A stretch of DNA of 13,588 bases from Oligoflexales bacterium. Its GTDB lineage: Bacteria > Bdellovibrionota_B > Oligoflexia > Oligoflexales > Bog-1112. The stretch is taken from positions 1 through 13,588 of the forward strand of contig JBGCDR010000423.1 of assembly GCA_045105515.1 (NCBI GenBank), in the 5' to 3' direction. The position numbers and the translations under genes are program-made. Below are positions 1 to 7,750 of the stretch, piece by piece. The notes under the pieces were generated by a model. That model was not told where the DNA came from, searched no databases, and saw nothing but the letters and a program-made list of their open reading frames with translations. The stretch's first letter is position 1. Each line of letters opens with the position of its first letter.

Positions 1-112
1 CTGCTAATGCATTATAAAAAAAACCGTTCGAAACTACAAAAATGTTGTTGGATAAGCATTTTTTTCAGAATTAATTTGTCTCTATTCTGAATCTATGAGT
101 CAGGAGGCTTAA

Positions 113-148
113 ATGTGGTTTGTCCAAACTAGAATAAATAAGATATAA
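113..148 (+). CDS. Possible 11-aa small ORF (MWFVQTRINKI)
   Basis: AGGAGG at 102-107, a 5-nt spacer, ATG at 113 and TAA at 146-148. No other coding evidence. Confidence 0.2.
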   Translation: MWFVQTRINKI

Positions 149-166
149 ATACAAGATAAAATGCTG

Positions 167-208
167 TACCCTTAGGGAGGGTAATTGATTAGCATTTAGC
201 TAATCAAT
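167..208 (-). terminator. Tandem hairpins at and after the phoX stop; probable terminator or 3' stabiliser
   Basis: Perfect 10-bp inverted repeat ATTGATTAGC-n5-GCTAATCAAT (184-208) overlaps the stop codon. It abuts TACCCT-n5-AGGGTA (167-183). The T-tract on the minus strand is short. Confidence 0.45.
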
Positions 209-1469
209 AGCGATTAAATGGACCAGTGACTGCAAGAGTTATACCATCGTGCTGAAGATTTAGAAATAAAGTATTTCCTGTAGGGTCAAATGTTAGACCA
301 GCAATTTCACTTCTTGAGTGAATGTTTTTTGCAAAGGTAAACATGTCTCCTTGTTGATTGACCACCCTAATATAGTTTGACCCGCTTCCATCCTCAGCGA
401 CAAAAATATTTCCTTCAGGACTCACAGTGATATTATCAGGCATATCTAGTGTGTTGTCTCGATCTGCCTGAACTACCAGACTAAGTAGATCATCACTTCC
501 TGAATTAATATTTAAGGCAAAAATTTGTCCTTTATTCCTTGGTCCACCAGATGTAGATGAAAAATAGACAACGTTGTCATGTAACCAGATGCCCTCTCCA
601 CGTTTTATCCTTGCTGCCCCTCGATCCATGGCCTTGTACCTGAGGTTGTCGGAACTACCTTGTCTTGGAAGATCGACCCAACTTACTTCAAGTGTGTCAT
701 TGAGGTCCATATCATCAGATGTATCAAATCTTCTTCGATTTTTTATACTTAACGCCTGTAGCTTTCCAGTGAATGGTCTATCAAACTCATTAGGTACAAA
801 TCGATATAAGCACCCATCACGGCGATCTTCTGTTAGGTATGCTATATGTGTGTTTGGATCAACTACTGCTGCTTCATGATTAAAACGCCCATAGCATTTT
901 ATGCGTCTGGGTTTTTCAAGAGAATTGGCTGATGTTGAGCATAAAAATACGTATCCATGTCTCCTGGAAACAGTTTCCTCACAGGTTAGATAGCCCCAAG
1001 GACTTGTTCCTCCTGCACAATTGCGTTCGGTGCCCGACAGGACCATATTACTATGAAGTAATTCAAGGGTTTCTGGATTAAAAACAAGACGGCTCACTCC
1101 TCCAGCACTTGCTCTATCATATGCATAAGCAGGAGCTTTGTGAGATTCATATGCTGTCTGTTCCTTGTTATCAATTTGGTAAAAAGACCCAATCTCATGA
1201 TTGCGCATCAAAACAATAGTATTGTCACTTCCAGGGAAACAAGCCATCCCATCAGGTTTACCTGGCATTCTGTAGCCATCTGACATTGTATCTCCAGATT
1301 GTTGAATCAACTTTACGGAAAATCCACTAGGTACTTGAAGCAAACCCTTTGAATCAGCAAACAATGGTTCTTCATGACTGAATGCGAAAGATTTTCTGTT
1401 TAGGACTGAATATAAAGCAGTTCCTAAGCCCATTTTTACACCGTTTTTAATTACATCACGTCTTTTCAT
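204..1469 (-). CDS. phoX: PhoX-family (DUF839) alkaline phosphatase, Tat-exported, compact form (~421 aa)
   Basis: Twin-arginine leader MKRRDVIK...SFA. Family motifs PDGM, RNHE, NCAGG-SPWG-LTCEE, GRFNHE, YLTED, RGEG, PDNI, AEDG, SEIAG and NLQH. The start was moved to ATG 1469 because GGAAGG lies just upstream and the track start (TTG, 1484) overlaps that RBS. Confidence 0.9.
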   Translation of the reverse strand: MKRRDVIKNGVKMGLGTALYSVLNRKSFAFSHEEPLFADSKGLLQVPSGFSVKLIQQSGDTMSDGYRMPGKPDGMACFPGSDNTIVLMRNHEIGSFYQIDNKEQTAYESHKAPAYAYDRASAGGVSRLVFNPETLELLHSNMVLSGTERNCAGGTSPWGYLTCEETVSRRHGYVFLCSTSANSLEKPRRIKCYGRFNHEAAVVDPNTHIAYLTEDRRDGCLYRFVPNEFDRPFTGKLQALSIKNRRRFDTSDDMDLNDTLEVSWVDLPRQGSSDNLRYKAMDRGAARIKRGEGIWLHDNVVYFSSTSGGPRNKGQIFALNINSGSDDLLSLVVQADRDNTLDMPDNITVSPEGNIFVAEDGSGSNYIRVVNQQGDMFTFAKNIHSRSEIAGLTFDPTGNTLFLNLQHDGITLAVTGPFNRY

Positions 1470-1518
1470 GAATAGCCCTTCCAATAATTTATTAAATTTA
1501 TCGGCTGATCTCTTGTAA

Positions 1519-1527
1519 ATTATAGCA
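1519..1527 (-). promoter_or_regulatory. Extended -10 promoter element (TGCTATAAT) for phoX
   Basis: Exact TGnTATAAT on the minus strand about 50 nt upstream of the ATG. No good -35 hexamer at normal spacing. Confidence 0.6.
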
Positions 1528-1533
1528 AGGATT

Positions 1534-1577
1534 CTTGTGATAAATTAAGTTTTAGTAAAGATTAAGTTAGAATTTAA
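1534..1577 (-). promoter_or_regulatory. Pho-box-like array of 11-bp-period degenerate direct repeats
   Basis: Minus strand reads TTAAATTCTAA / CTTAATCTTTA / CTAAAACTTAA / TTTATCACAAG, covering the -35 position of the phoX promoter. The AT-rich background weakens the signal. Confidence 0.35.
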
Positions 1578-1639
1578 GGCTCTTGCATTAGAGGAAAAAG
1601 ATTGAAATAAACAAAATATTCTATATCCAATAAGCAAGT

Positions 1640-4600
1640 TTATTGACAATCAAACTGGTCCCAAGATATTCTTGGCCAAGCGGATTTACTCCAATCCTTG
1701 ACACGGTCAATTAAATTGCAATCAGCCCCAAAATTGATGAGTCTTGGTATAAGCCAATAAATTTTATGTGCGTAGTGTCTTAGTTTTCCTGAATAAATTT
1801 TATCTATATTTGGCATATCTTGGTCGGATAAATTTACTGGATCTAAGTGCTTATGTTCTCCTTTATTACTACTGGTTCTTCGTTTCCATATATCGATGCT
1901 ATTGCGAGATTTTTCCATTTCCTTTAAAAACTGTTCTAGCTGTGCATCGACTATCATATTACCAAGCCCTGCTTGGATTTTATTCAGCAACTTTGGCATT
2001 TCACCAACCTGCAATCCTTCAAAATTGTTACGATTATCAGATCCGAAAAATAACCAAGGTCCCATAGTACGCATATTGAAACCTTCCTTATCATTTGGAG
2101 TGAAGTAATCTACTCTTGTCCGAGTCTGATACATAACATTTGAAGAAAAATAAAAACGAACAGGTTCCTTAATATCGGATGTTTCGCTTGCGCGCAGAAT
2201 AAGTGTTGGTTGGTAATTGTAATCCACAGGTACGACATCCCTAGAAGTAGCAATACCAGGATTTATGACTTGTTGGAGCTGGTACCATGCAGTTGATTCG
2301 TAGATGCCAGTTTCTTTTGCTTGACCTTCGAAGTGGTGACATCGAGAATTTCCAGATTTGAAGCATGCAGTAAAATGAGCTGGAACCTCAAAAACATTGT
2401 ATTGCCTTCCAAGCCACTGCCTTTTTCTTGGTTGCTCTGCTTCATCAATCAGTTGAGCAGCAATTCCTTCCAACTTAAACTCTTGATGCAATTCAAAAAA
2501 CTTAACTGCGAGTAGTCTAGCTAAGCTGGTTGCAGCCATTTCTTTCGAGATTCCATTCTTCAATCCTTTGGTAAAAGGGTCACCATCAGTTGTCCTCCAG
2601 TGTTCTGGTTTTTTACTTCCCTGGGTTAAAAACATGCGGAAATGGAGCCAGAATTGATGAAGTTGATGAAAAAGAGATTTTTCTGTATAGGAATCTGAAC
2701 TACCTAAATATTGCCGTATCTTTTGATATGCCTTGCTCGGATCATATTTTTTGTCTGCATTTTGATAATAGTTTGACCTACTGAAAGCATCTTTTGGGTG
2801 AATCAATGGTAACCAGTGTTTCCAGTCGGGGAGTTGGATAGCTAGAGGCTGTAATGAGGTGTCCCACATTTTATCAGAGTCAAAGTACTCACTAACCTCA
2901 GATCTGGTGATGTTTTTTGTTTTTCCAAACATTCCTAATAACATATCTCGATCCTCATCAAGCACTGCTTCCAGACCAGCTCCTGCTGCCCATTCTTCTG
3001 GAGGAAGATCAGCAATTTTAGGGCCTGGCTGATAAGGAGGGTTCCAAGGCCTACCGTACCGTCCAACATTTTCGTTTTCTTTAGATAAGGACCGTATATA
3101 TGATGCTATCAACTTACCTTGTTCCTCAGATAATCCATGAAATTTAGAGCGTTCAATAATTGAGTTATTGGAATAAGAGAAAATTTCAAGGTCTCGACCA
3201 TCTTGGGCATGGCAGTCTGCACACTTTGCATTGATCGCTTGCCTAGGTGGGATAGGGTACGCATACCAATTTCCTTCTGTTTCGAGGTAATTGCTGATTA
3301 GATTCCCATTCTTCCACAATCGCTCTCCTTCTATTACCTGCGAAGGTTCGGAATAGGGGGCAGTCCAATCTTGTGGATTTTCCATTTTAAATCGCGAACT
3401 ACCTAAGACCTTGGTACCAGCGCTATCTAGTAAATTTAGGCCAATTATGCGATAACCGATTGAGATACCATCTGAGAAATTGAATCGGAATTTAAGATGG
3501 TTAACTCCTGTTAACAATGATTCAGTCAGTGGAAGTTTAAACCTAATGGTATTGAAACCTCCGTGAACCATTCCACCTCTAGCGGCCTCTTGTTTTTCAA
3601 GTTGGACAATCTCATGGTTTAAGCTTATCCAAGCTCCATCATTGATTTGAACAGAGGCTTTGTCTTGATATCCGAGGTTATTGACTTGTAACCATAAAAA
3701 ACTTGCTTGCTCTGCTTGTGTAGGTGATAAAACTATTTCTCTGTCAACCTTTGTTCCTTCATGACCAATCACTTCAATGGGCAATACTATCTTTTCTAGG
3801 GGCTTAGGAGGAGGTGGTGGAGGAACATCTTCTAGATCGTGGAAAAGGAGTTGCTCAGGGATTCCGGTGAAGATTCCGTCACCTTTCCGGTATTCAAGCA
3901 AAAGAGTTTGTCCTCTAGATTTTTCAAAATAATCAATTTGAATTGGATACAAACCCTTACTTAAAAATATCTCGTTCGATATTCTGGCTTTAGCGCCATG
4001 AATTCCATCATTGTTGATCAGCAGGTCATTATTGAAGAGGAGTCTGCTACCATCGTCAGAGGTAAGCTTGAAGGTGTATTCAGCATCATCATCAATGTAA
4101 AGGTACCCAGACAACACTAGACCAAAATTATCGAAAGACCTTTCTGAATATGATCCTAAGCCTATGGAGCTTAGTGTTTCACTTGATTTGTGATCAAGAA
4201 ATTCAAAATCGGGAAGTAGGCTCCAGTTTTTACCTTGGTAGAATTTACTAAATATACCTTTGTTGATTCCATGACCAGGGGGAATTTCTATATAAAATTT
4301 CTCCGAGGGGATTTCATGTAAGTTTGATTCACCATATTGGTATCTTAAACCTAGTGATTGCCCACCTTTTTTTTCAAAATATTCGACTCTTATAGGATAC
4401 AAGCCTCTTTGCAAAAAAATGGTATTTTGTTTTGCAATAGAGCCATGGAGTCCATTGTTATCAATAATCAAGCTGTCATCAATATAAAGCTTGCTACCAT
4501 CATCAGAAGTGAGTTCAAAGGTGTATTGACCTTCAAATTCTATTTCTAAAAATCCATCAAAGGTGAGGCCAAAATAGTTCAAGGAACGTGAGGAATATTC

Positions 4601-4801
4601 CCCAAGATTGACTGAAGGTACTAGTTGCTCTTTTTCAGCACTTAATTCTAAAAAGTCAGGAATCTCATCCCAATCACCTAAGTAATATTTTTGTATGAGT
4701 CCATGTTCTGGATTTGAATTTTCTAGGCCTAAAGCTTTTTCGTTATGATAAAGATTCAACTCTATGAAGACATAAAAGACTGCTAACAGATAAAATTTCA
4801 T
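1640..4801 (-). CDS. Secreted 1053-aa protein: 2x PA14 domain + poly-Pro linker + uncharacterised domain with c-type heme motif
   Basis: Hydrophobic N-terminus ending ...EKALG. Two repeats with Y-TF-LTSDDGS-L...NxGxHG...GLYPI-x-x-YFE. PPPPPPKP linker. CADCH at aa 527-531 (nt 3209-3223). RBS AGAGG 6 nt before the ATG. Confidence 0.85.
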   Translation of the reverse strand: MKFYLLAVFYVFIELNLYHNEKALGLENSNPEHGLIQKYYLGDWDEIPDFLELSAEKEQLVPSVNLGEYSSRSLNYFGLTFDGFLEIEFEGQYTFELTSDDGSKLYIDDSLIIDNNGLHGSIAKQNTIFLQRGLYPIRVEYFEKKGGQSLGLRYQYGESNLHEIPSEKFYIEIPPGHGINKGIFSKFYQGKNWSLLPDFEFLDHKSSETLSSIGLGSYSERSFDNFGLVLSGYLYIDDDAEYTFKLTSDDGSRLLFNNDLLINNDGIHGAKARISNEIFLSKGLYPIQIDYFEKSRGQTLLLEYRKGDGIFTGIPEQLLFHDLEDVPPPPPPKPLEKIVLPIEVIGHEGTKVDREIVLSPTQAEQASFLWLQVNNLGYQDKASVQINDGAWISLNHEIVQLEKQEAARGGMVHGGFNTIRFKLPLTESLLTGVNHLKFRFNFSDGISIGYRIIGLNLLDSAGTKVLGSSRFKMENPQDWTAPYSEPSQVIEGERLWKNGNLISNYLETEGNWYAYPIPPRQAINAKCADCHAQDGRDLEIFSYSNNSIIERSKFHGLSEEQGKLIASYIRSLSKENENVGRYGRPWNPPYQPGPKIADLPPEEWAAGAGLEAVLDEDRDMLLGMFGKTKNITRSEVSEYFDSDKMWDTSLQPLAIQLPDWKHWLPLIHPKDAFSRSNYYQNADKKYDPSKAYQKIRQYLGSSDSYTEKSLFHQLHQFWLHFRMFLTQGSKKPEHWRTTDGDPFTKGLKNGISKEMAATSLARLLAVKFFELHQEFKLEGIAAQLIDEAEQPRKRQWLGRQYNVFEVPAHFTACFKSGNSRCHHFEGQAKETGIYESTAWYQLQQVINPGIATSRDVVPVDYNYQPTLILRASETSDIKEPVRFYFSSNVMYQTRTRVDYFTPNDKEGFNMRTMGPWLFFGSDNRNNFEGLQVGEMPKLLNKIQAGLGNMIVDAQLEQFLKEMEKSRNSIDIWKRRTSSNKGEHKHLDPVNLSDQDMPNIDKIYSGKLRHYAHKIYWLIPRLINFGADCNLIDRVKDWSKSAWPRISWDQFDCQ
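3839..4705 (-). repeat. Tandem duplication of the PA14 domain (~4289-4705 and ~3839-4264)
   Basis: The protein repeats align. At DNA level, gctaccatcatcagaagtgagttcaaaggtgtatt (~4493) resembles gctaccatcgtcagaggtaagcttgaaggtgtatt (~4046). Confidence 0.85.
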
Positions 4802-5022
4802 GGGTGCCTCTAATCTTTAATAGTTTTTTCAGACGTATTCCATCCGTTTGCTCCGTTCGGAATACACTTTATAAAATTTAGAGAAAAGCTGCTTGTTGCA
4901 ATATAAGTGGTATTTAGAAGATAATTATAAAAATATTAGAAGAGAAGGATGGAGAAAAAGTGCTTACAAAATTTTTATAATCTTACCCACCTTCATGAGC
5001 ATCCTCTTTCAATGGAAGGTGC

Positions 5023-5040
5023 AAAAAAACCTTCGAAGGT
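5023..5040 (-). terminator. Probable intrinsic terminator of the cyclophilin gene
   Basis: Perfect palindrome ACCTTCGAAGGT (5029-5040) followed on the minus strand by a run of T, about 40 nt after the stop. The stem is short. Confidence 0.5.
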
Positions 5041-5081
5041 AAAGTGAGTTAAAAGCCTTCTAGGGAAAGTTTGGGTAGATT

Positions 5082-5699
5082 TCACTTAGGCTTACTTGTC
5101 TTTCCGGAATCTGCAATCACTACCTTTGCCTTAGGTTTGCCACTTCCTGAACCATATCCTTCAATCTTTTTAATTATATCCATTCCTTTGATAACTTTGC
5201 CAAAAACTACATGTCTGCCATCTAGCCATTCGGTTTTTGCTGTAGTGATGAAAAACTGTGAGCCATTGGTGTTTGGGCCTGCGTTAGCCATGCTCAAAAT
5301 TCCAGGTTCAGTGTGTTTTAAATCAAAGTTTTCATCCTTAAATTTGGTGCCATAAATACTCTCTCCTCCGGTACCATTGCCTTTGGTAAAGTCTCCACCC
5401 TGAATCATGAATTTTGGAATAATCCGATGAAACCTACTACCTTTGAAATGGAGTTTTTTCTTAGCGGTGCTTTTTTCACCAGTACACAATGCTAAGAAGT
5501 TTTCAGCTGTTTTGGGGGTGACATCATTGCGAAGCTCCATGATGATCTTCCCTTCCTTCTTGTCGTTTATTTCAATGTCGAAAAACGCATAGGTTTTCAT
5601 TTTTGGAGCTTCAGCCGCTTTCTTGGCATCTGCAGCAAATGAGCTAGTAGCAGTAAAAACAAACATCATTGACAAGAACAAACGTCGCATTGTTGGCAT
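5082..5699 (-). CDS. Cyclophilin-type peptidyl-prolyl cis-trans isomerase with Sec signal peptide
   Basis: [57 protein letters not shown] and [12 protein letters not shown]. Leader [29 protein letters not shown] upstream. Confidence 0.97.
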   Translation of the reverse strand: MPTMRRLFLSMMFVFTATSSFAADAKKAAEAPKMKTYAFFDIEINDKKEGKIIMELRNDVTPKTAENFLALCTGEKSTAKKKLHFKGSRFHRIIPKFMIQGGDFTKGNGTGGESIYGTKFKDENFDLKHTEPGILSMANAGPNTNGSQFFITTAKTEWLDGRHVVFGKVIKGMDIIKKIEGYGSGSGKPKAKVVIADSGKTSKPK

Positions 5700-5742
5700 A
5701 AACCCTCCTGAATCTGAAACCTACAAAAATAATACTGAGTTT

Positions 5743-5757
5743 AACCTCTTAGAGGTT
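5743..5757. promoter_or_regulatory. Palindrome AACCTCT-T-AGAGGTT in divergent intergenic region; possible operator
   Basis: Perfect 7-bp arms around a 1-nt centre, about 45 nt upstream of the cyclophilin start. Confidence 0.3.
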
Positions 5758-5976
5758 CGAAAGTAAGCGATATCCTTGCATATTTTTTAGCTAATACAAT
5801 AGTTTAAATAACAAAGATAGCGAAAGATTCTAGCATATATCATTCATGGAAAATTTGTAAAACAATTTTCATAGCCTATCTACCTGGAATAATAAAAAAT
5901 ACTGAAATTATTACATATCTTATTGATTTTTGCCGATACAGCTTCCGAGTTAGGCTCATGCAACACGGAGGAAAAC

Positions 5977-7725
5977 GTGCATTTTGGTTGGAATTCTTAT
6001 TTGATACCCTGTTTTTGGTTTCTGCTCTTGCTGATTTCATCTTCATGCAATGATAACAAGGACTTCGATGATTCTGAACCTGGCCATTCTGCGGCTGACC
6101 TGATTCAACAGCGTAAACAGAATATACCGACGACACCAACGAATCCAGATGGTGGAGTTATAGTGGGCAAGACTGCCAGCACAAGCCAAGTGGAAAACGA
6201 AGAACGCGTTTCTCAAAATGTAGGGAACGAAATTATTTTTGGTAAGCAAGTAGCTAATATTTCGATGGAAACAACCCTTTTTCAATCTCAAAAAATTCTT
6301 TCAAAGCCACTCTCCGCATTTAACGGTCAGGTGAGGTATGCTGAAGGATTAACTGTGGTTTGGCGAGAGACTCCACCTCGGGTGCCCTCATTTATTTCAA
6401 TTTCTGAAGGTTATCAAGGAGCCATGAAAATGCCTCCACCTTTTAATGAGTTTAAGGTTGGAAAATCCCTGGCTTCCTTACTCGGCGACACTGATGCAGA
6501 TGATCAAGAATTTCTACGAACTCTTGCGCGCTACTTTGACGGCCAAGATGATACTTATGATTGTATCATTCTCAATTCTTGTGACGTTGTAGTTAACCTG
6601 ACCATAAAACAGTATGTCTTTAGGCAAGGTGGATTTATTGTGAGTAATGATCGTCACAAAATCATCACTTCAATTTTTTTCTGGCCTGAAATTCCACCTC
6701 CAACAGAACCAATCACATCAGGTGGAGTATTTGGAGAGACAATCGCAGGTTTCGGTATCAACTCGACTAAAGAAGAAGTTGAAAAAATCATTGGTAGCTC
6801 CAGAGGACTGCTGAATGACGGACGGTCAGTCTATGACAATGGAAACCTCACTATATTGTGGAACTTTTTTCCTCCTCTTACACCAATTTTTTTGAGTCTT
6901 GGGGATGGATTCCAAGGACCAATAAAACTTCCAGATCCATATGGAGAAATTAAGCTCGGGCAATCATTTACCAAGTACTTTCCTGAAAATGATCAGACAG
7001 GAGATGTCTTTTTACAAGATTTGGCCCAAAAAATGGATGGACTAACTGAGCTCGAAAATTACGACTGCAACAGGATACGTTCTTGTAGCTATCGTTCTTC
7101 TCCAAGTGGAATAGAATTTGTGCTGGACAAGGGTAAATTAATGTTTAGCAATAACGCAGAAAAAAAATTAATTGCGATCGATTATTATCCAGCCCCTGAA
7201 CCTAGAACTATTCCTCGTACAGATGCCTTAGTTTTTGGCCAGACTATAGGTGGAGTAGGACTTACTTCTACCCAAGAAGCAGCTCATGCAATTCTTGGCG
7301 AACCGCGTGGAACTCTTCCAGGAAACGTTTATTTTTATGACAATGAAAACCTAGCGATTATTTGGAGTGATGATGAAATTCCATTGCCAGATGTAATTCA
7401 GCTTAACTTTGGACACGAGGGTTCGATTCCAATGCCTGAATCCTATGGACCCATAAAAATGGGGCAATCTTTTGCGGCATCTTTTCCAACTACCGATGAA
7501 TTTGGTGAAGCCTTTATTAAGGAACTCGGATCTTTTTACCGAGGTGAAGTTAGCCCTGAGACTTATGATTGCTTAAGTGAGGAAACTTGTAGGCTAATAA
7601 GTGATGATCCAAGTTTTATTATTTTTCAGTTTGAATCAGGGAGCATTTTCTTCACTAACGACGAAGAAAAGGAGCTCTATATCATTGATATCAGAAGTGA
7701 AAATCTAAGCAAACCAATCAGATAA
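5977..7725 (+). CDS. Lipoprotein (~582 aa) built from three tandem ~165-aa repeats of unknown function
   Basis: GGAGG at 5967-5971 precedes an in-frame GTG at 5977, giving MHFGWNSYLIPCFWFLLLLISSS-C (lipobox-like) followed by a disordered tether and then three aligned repeats. Confidence 0.8.
   Translation: MHFGWNSYLIPCFWFLLLLISSSCNDNKDFDDSEPGHSAADLIQQRKQNIPTTPTNPDGGVIVGKTASTSQVENEERVSQNVGNEIIFGKQVANISMETTLFQSQKILSKPLSAFNGQVRYAEGLTVVWRETPPRVPSFISISEGYQGAMKMPPPFNEFKVGKSLASLLGDTDADDQEFLRTLARYFDGQDDTYDCIILNSCDVVVNLTIKQYVFRQGGFIVSNDRHKIITSIFFWPEIPPPTEPITSGGVFGETIAGFGINSTKEEVEKIIGSSRGLLNDGRSVYDNGNLTILWNFFPPLTPIFLSLGDGFQGPIKLPDPYGEIKLGQSFTKYFPENDQTGDVFLQDLAQKMDGLTELENYDCNRIRSCSYRSSPSGIEFVLDKGKLMFSNNAEKKLIAIDYYPAPEPRTIPRTDALVFGQTIGGVGLTSTQEAAHAILGEPRGTLPGNVYFYDNENLAIIWSDDEIPLPDVIQLNFGHEGSIPMPESYGPIKMGQSFAASFPTTDEFGEAFIKELGSFYRGEVSPETYDCLSEETCRLISDDPSFIIFQFESGSIFFTNDEEKELYIIDIRSENLSKPIR
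6232..7695 (+). repeat. Three protein-level repeats starting at ~6232, ~6724 and ~7228
   Basis: Each contains FG-x2-[VI], a [VIL]W strand, G[YFH]xG-x2-[KP][ML]P-x2-[FY]-x3-K[VLM]G[KQ]S, F[LI]-x2-L, YDC-x5-C and G-x3-[FV][ST]N. Repeats are joined by Pro-rich linkers (PEIPPPTEP, PAPEPRTIP). Confidence 0.85.
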
Positions 7726-7750
7726 AAATCCTTAAGGAGCTTAGCAGCCC

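Noticed and set aside
574..879. 101-aa plus-strand ORF
   Set aside because: Antisense shadow of phoX with no recognisable motif.
1768..4549. Short ORFs at 1768, 1896, 2263, 2321, 2590 and 4358
   Set aside because: All lie inside the 1053-aa gene on the opposite strand or in another frame, and none has a recognisable motif.
4989..5020. ACCTTC...GAAGGT resembling a CueR/MerR operator
   Set aside because: The arms are about 20 nt apart, much wider than a CueR box, and they are not framed by a suitable -35/-10 pair.
5071..5355. 94-aa plus-strand ORF
   Set aside because: Antisense mirror of the conserved cyclophilin coding sequence.
5923..5976. ORF-track TTG start for the repeat lipoprotein
   Set aside because: It lacks an RBS and would bury the signal peptide; GTG 5977 has GGAGG and gives a normal lipoprotein leader.
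5876..6291. Minus-strand ORFs of 87 and 82 aa (one with CYHC)
   Set aside because: They overlap the lipoprotein gene antisense; the CxxC is isolated and has no further support.
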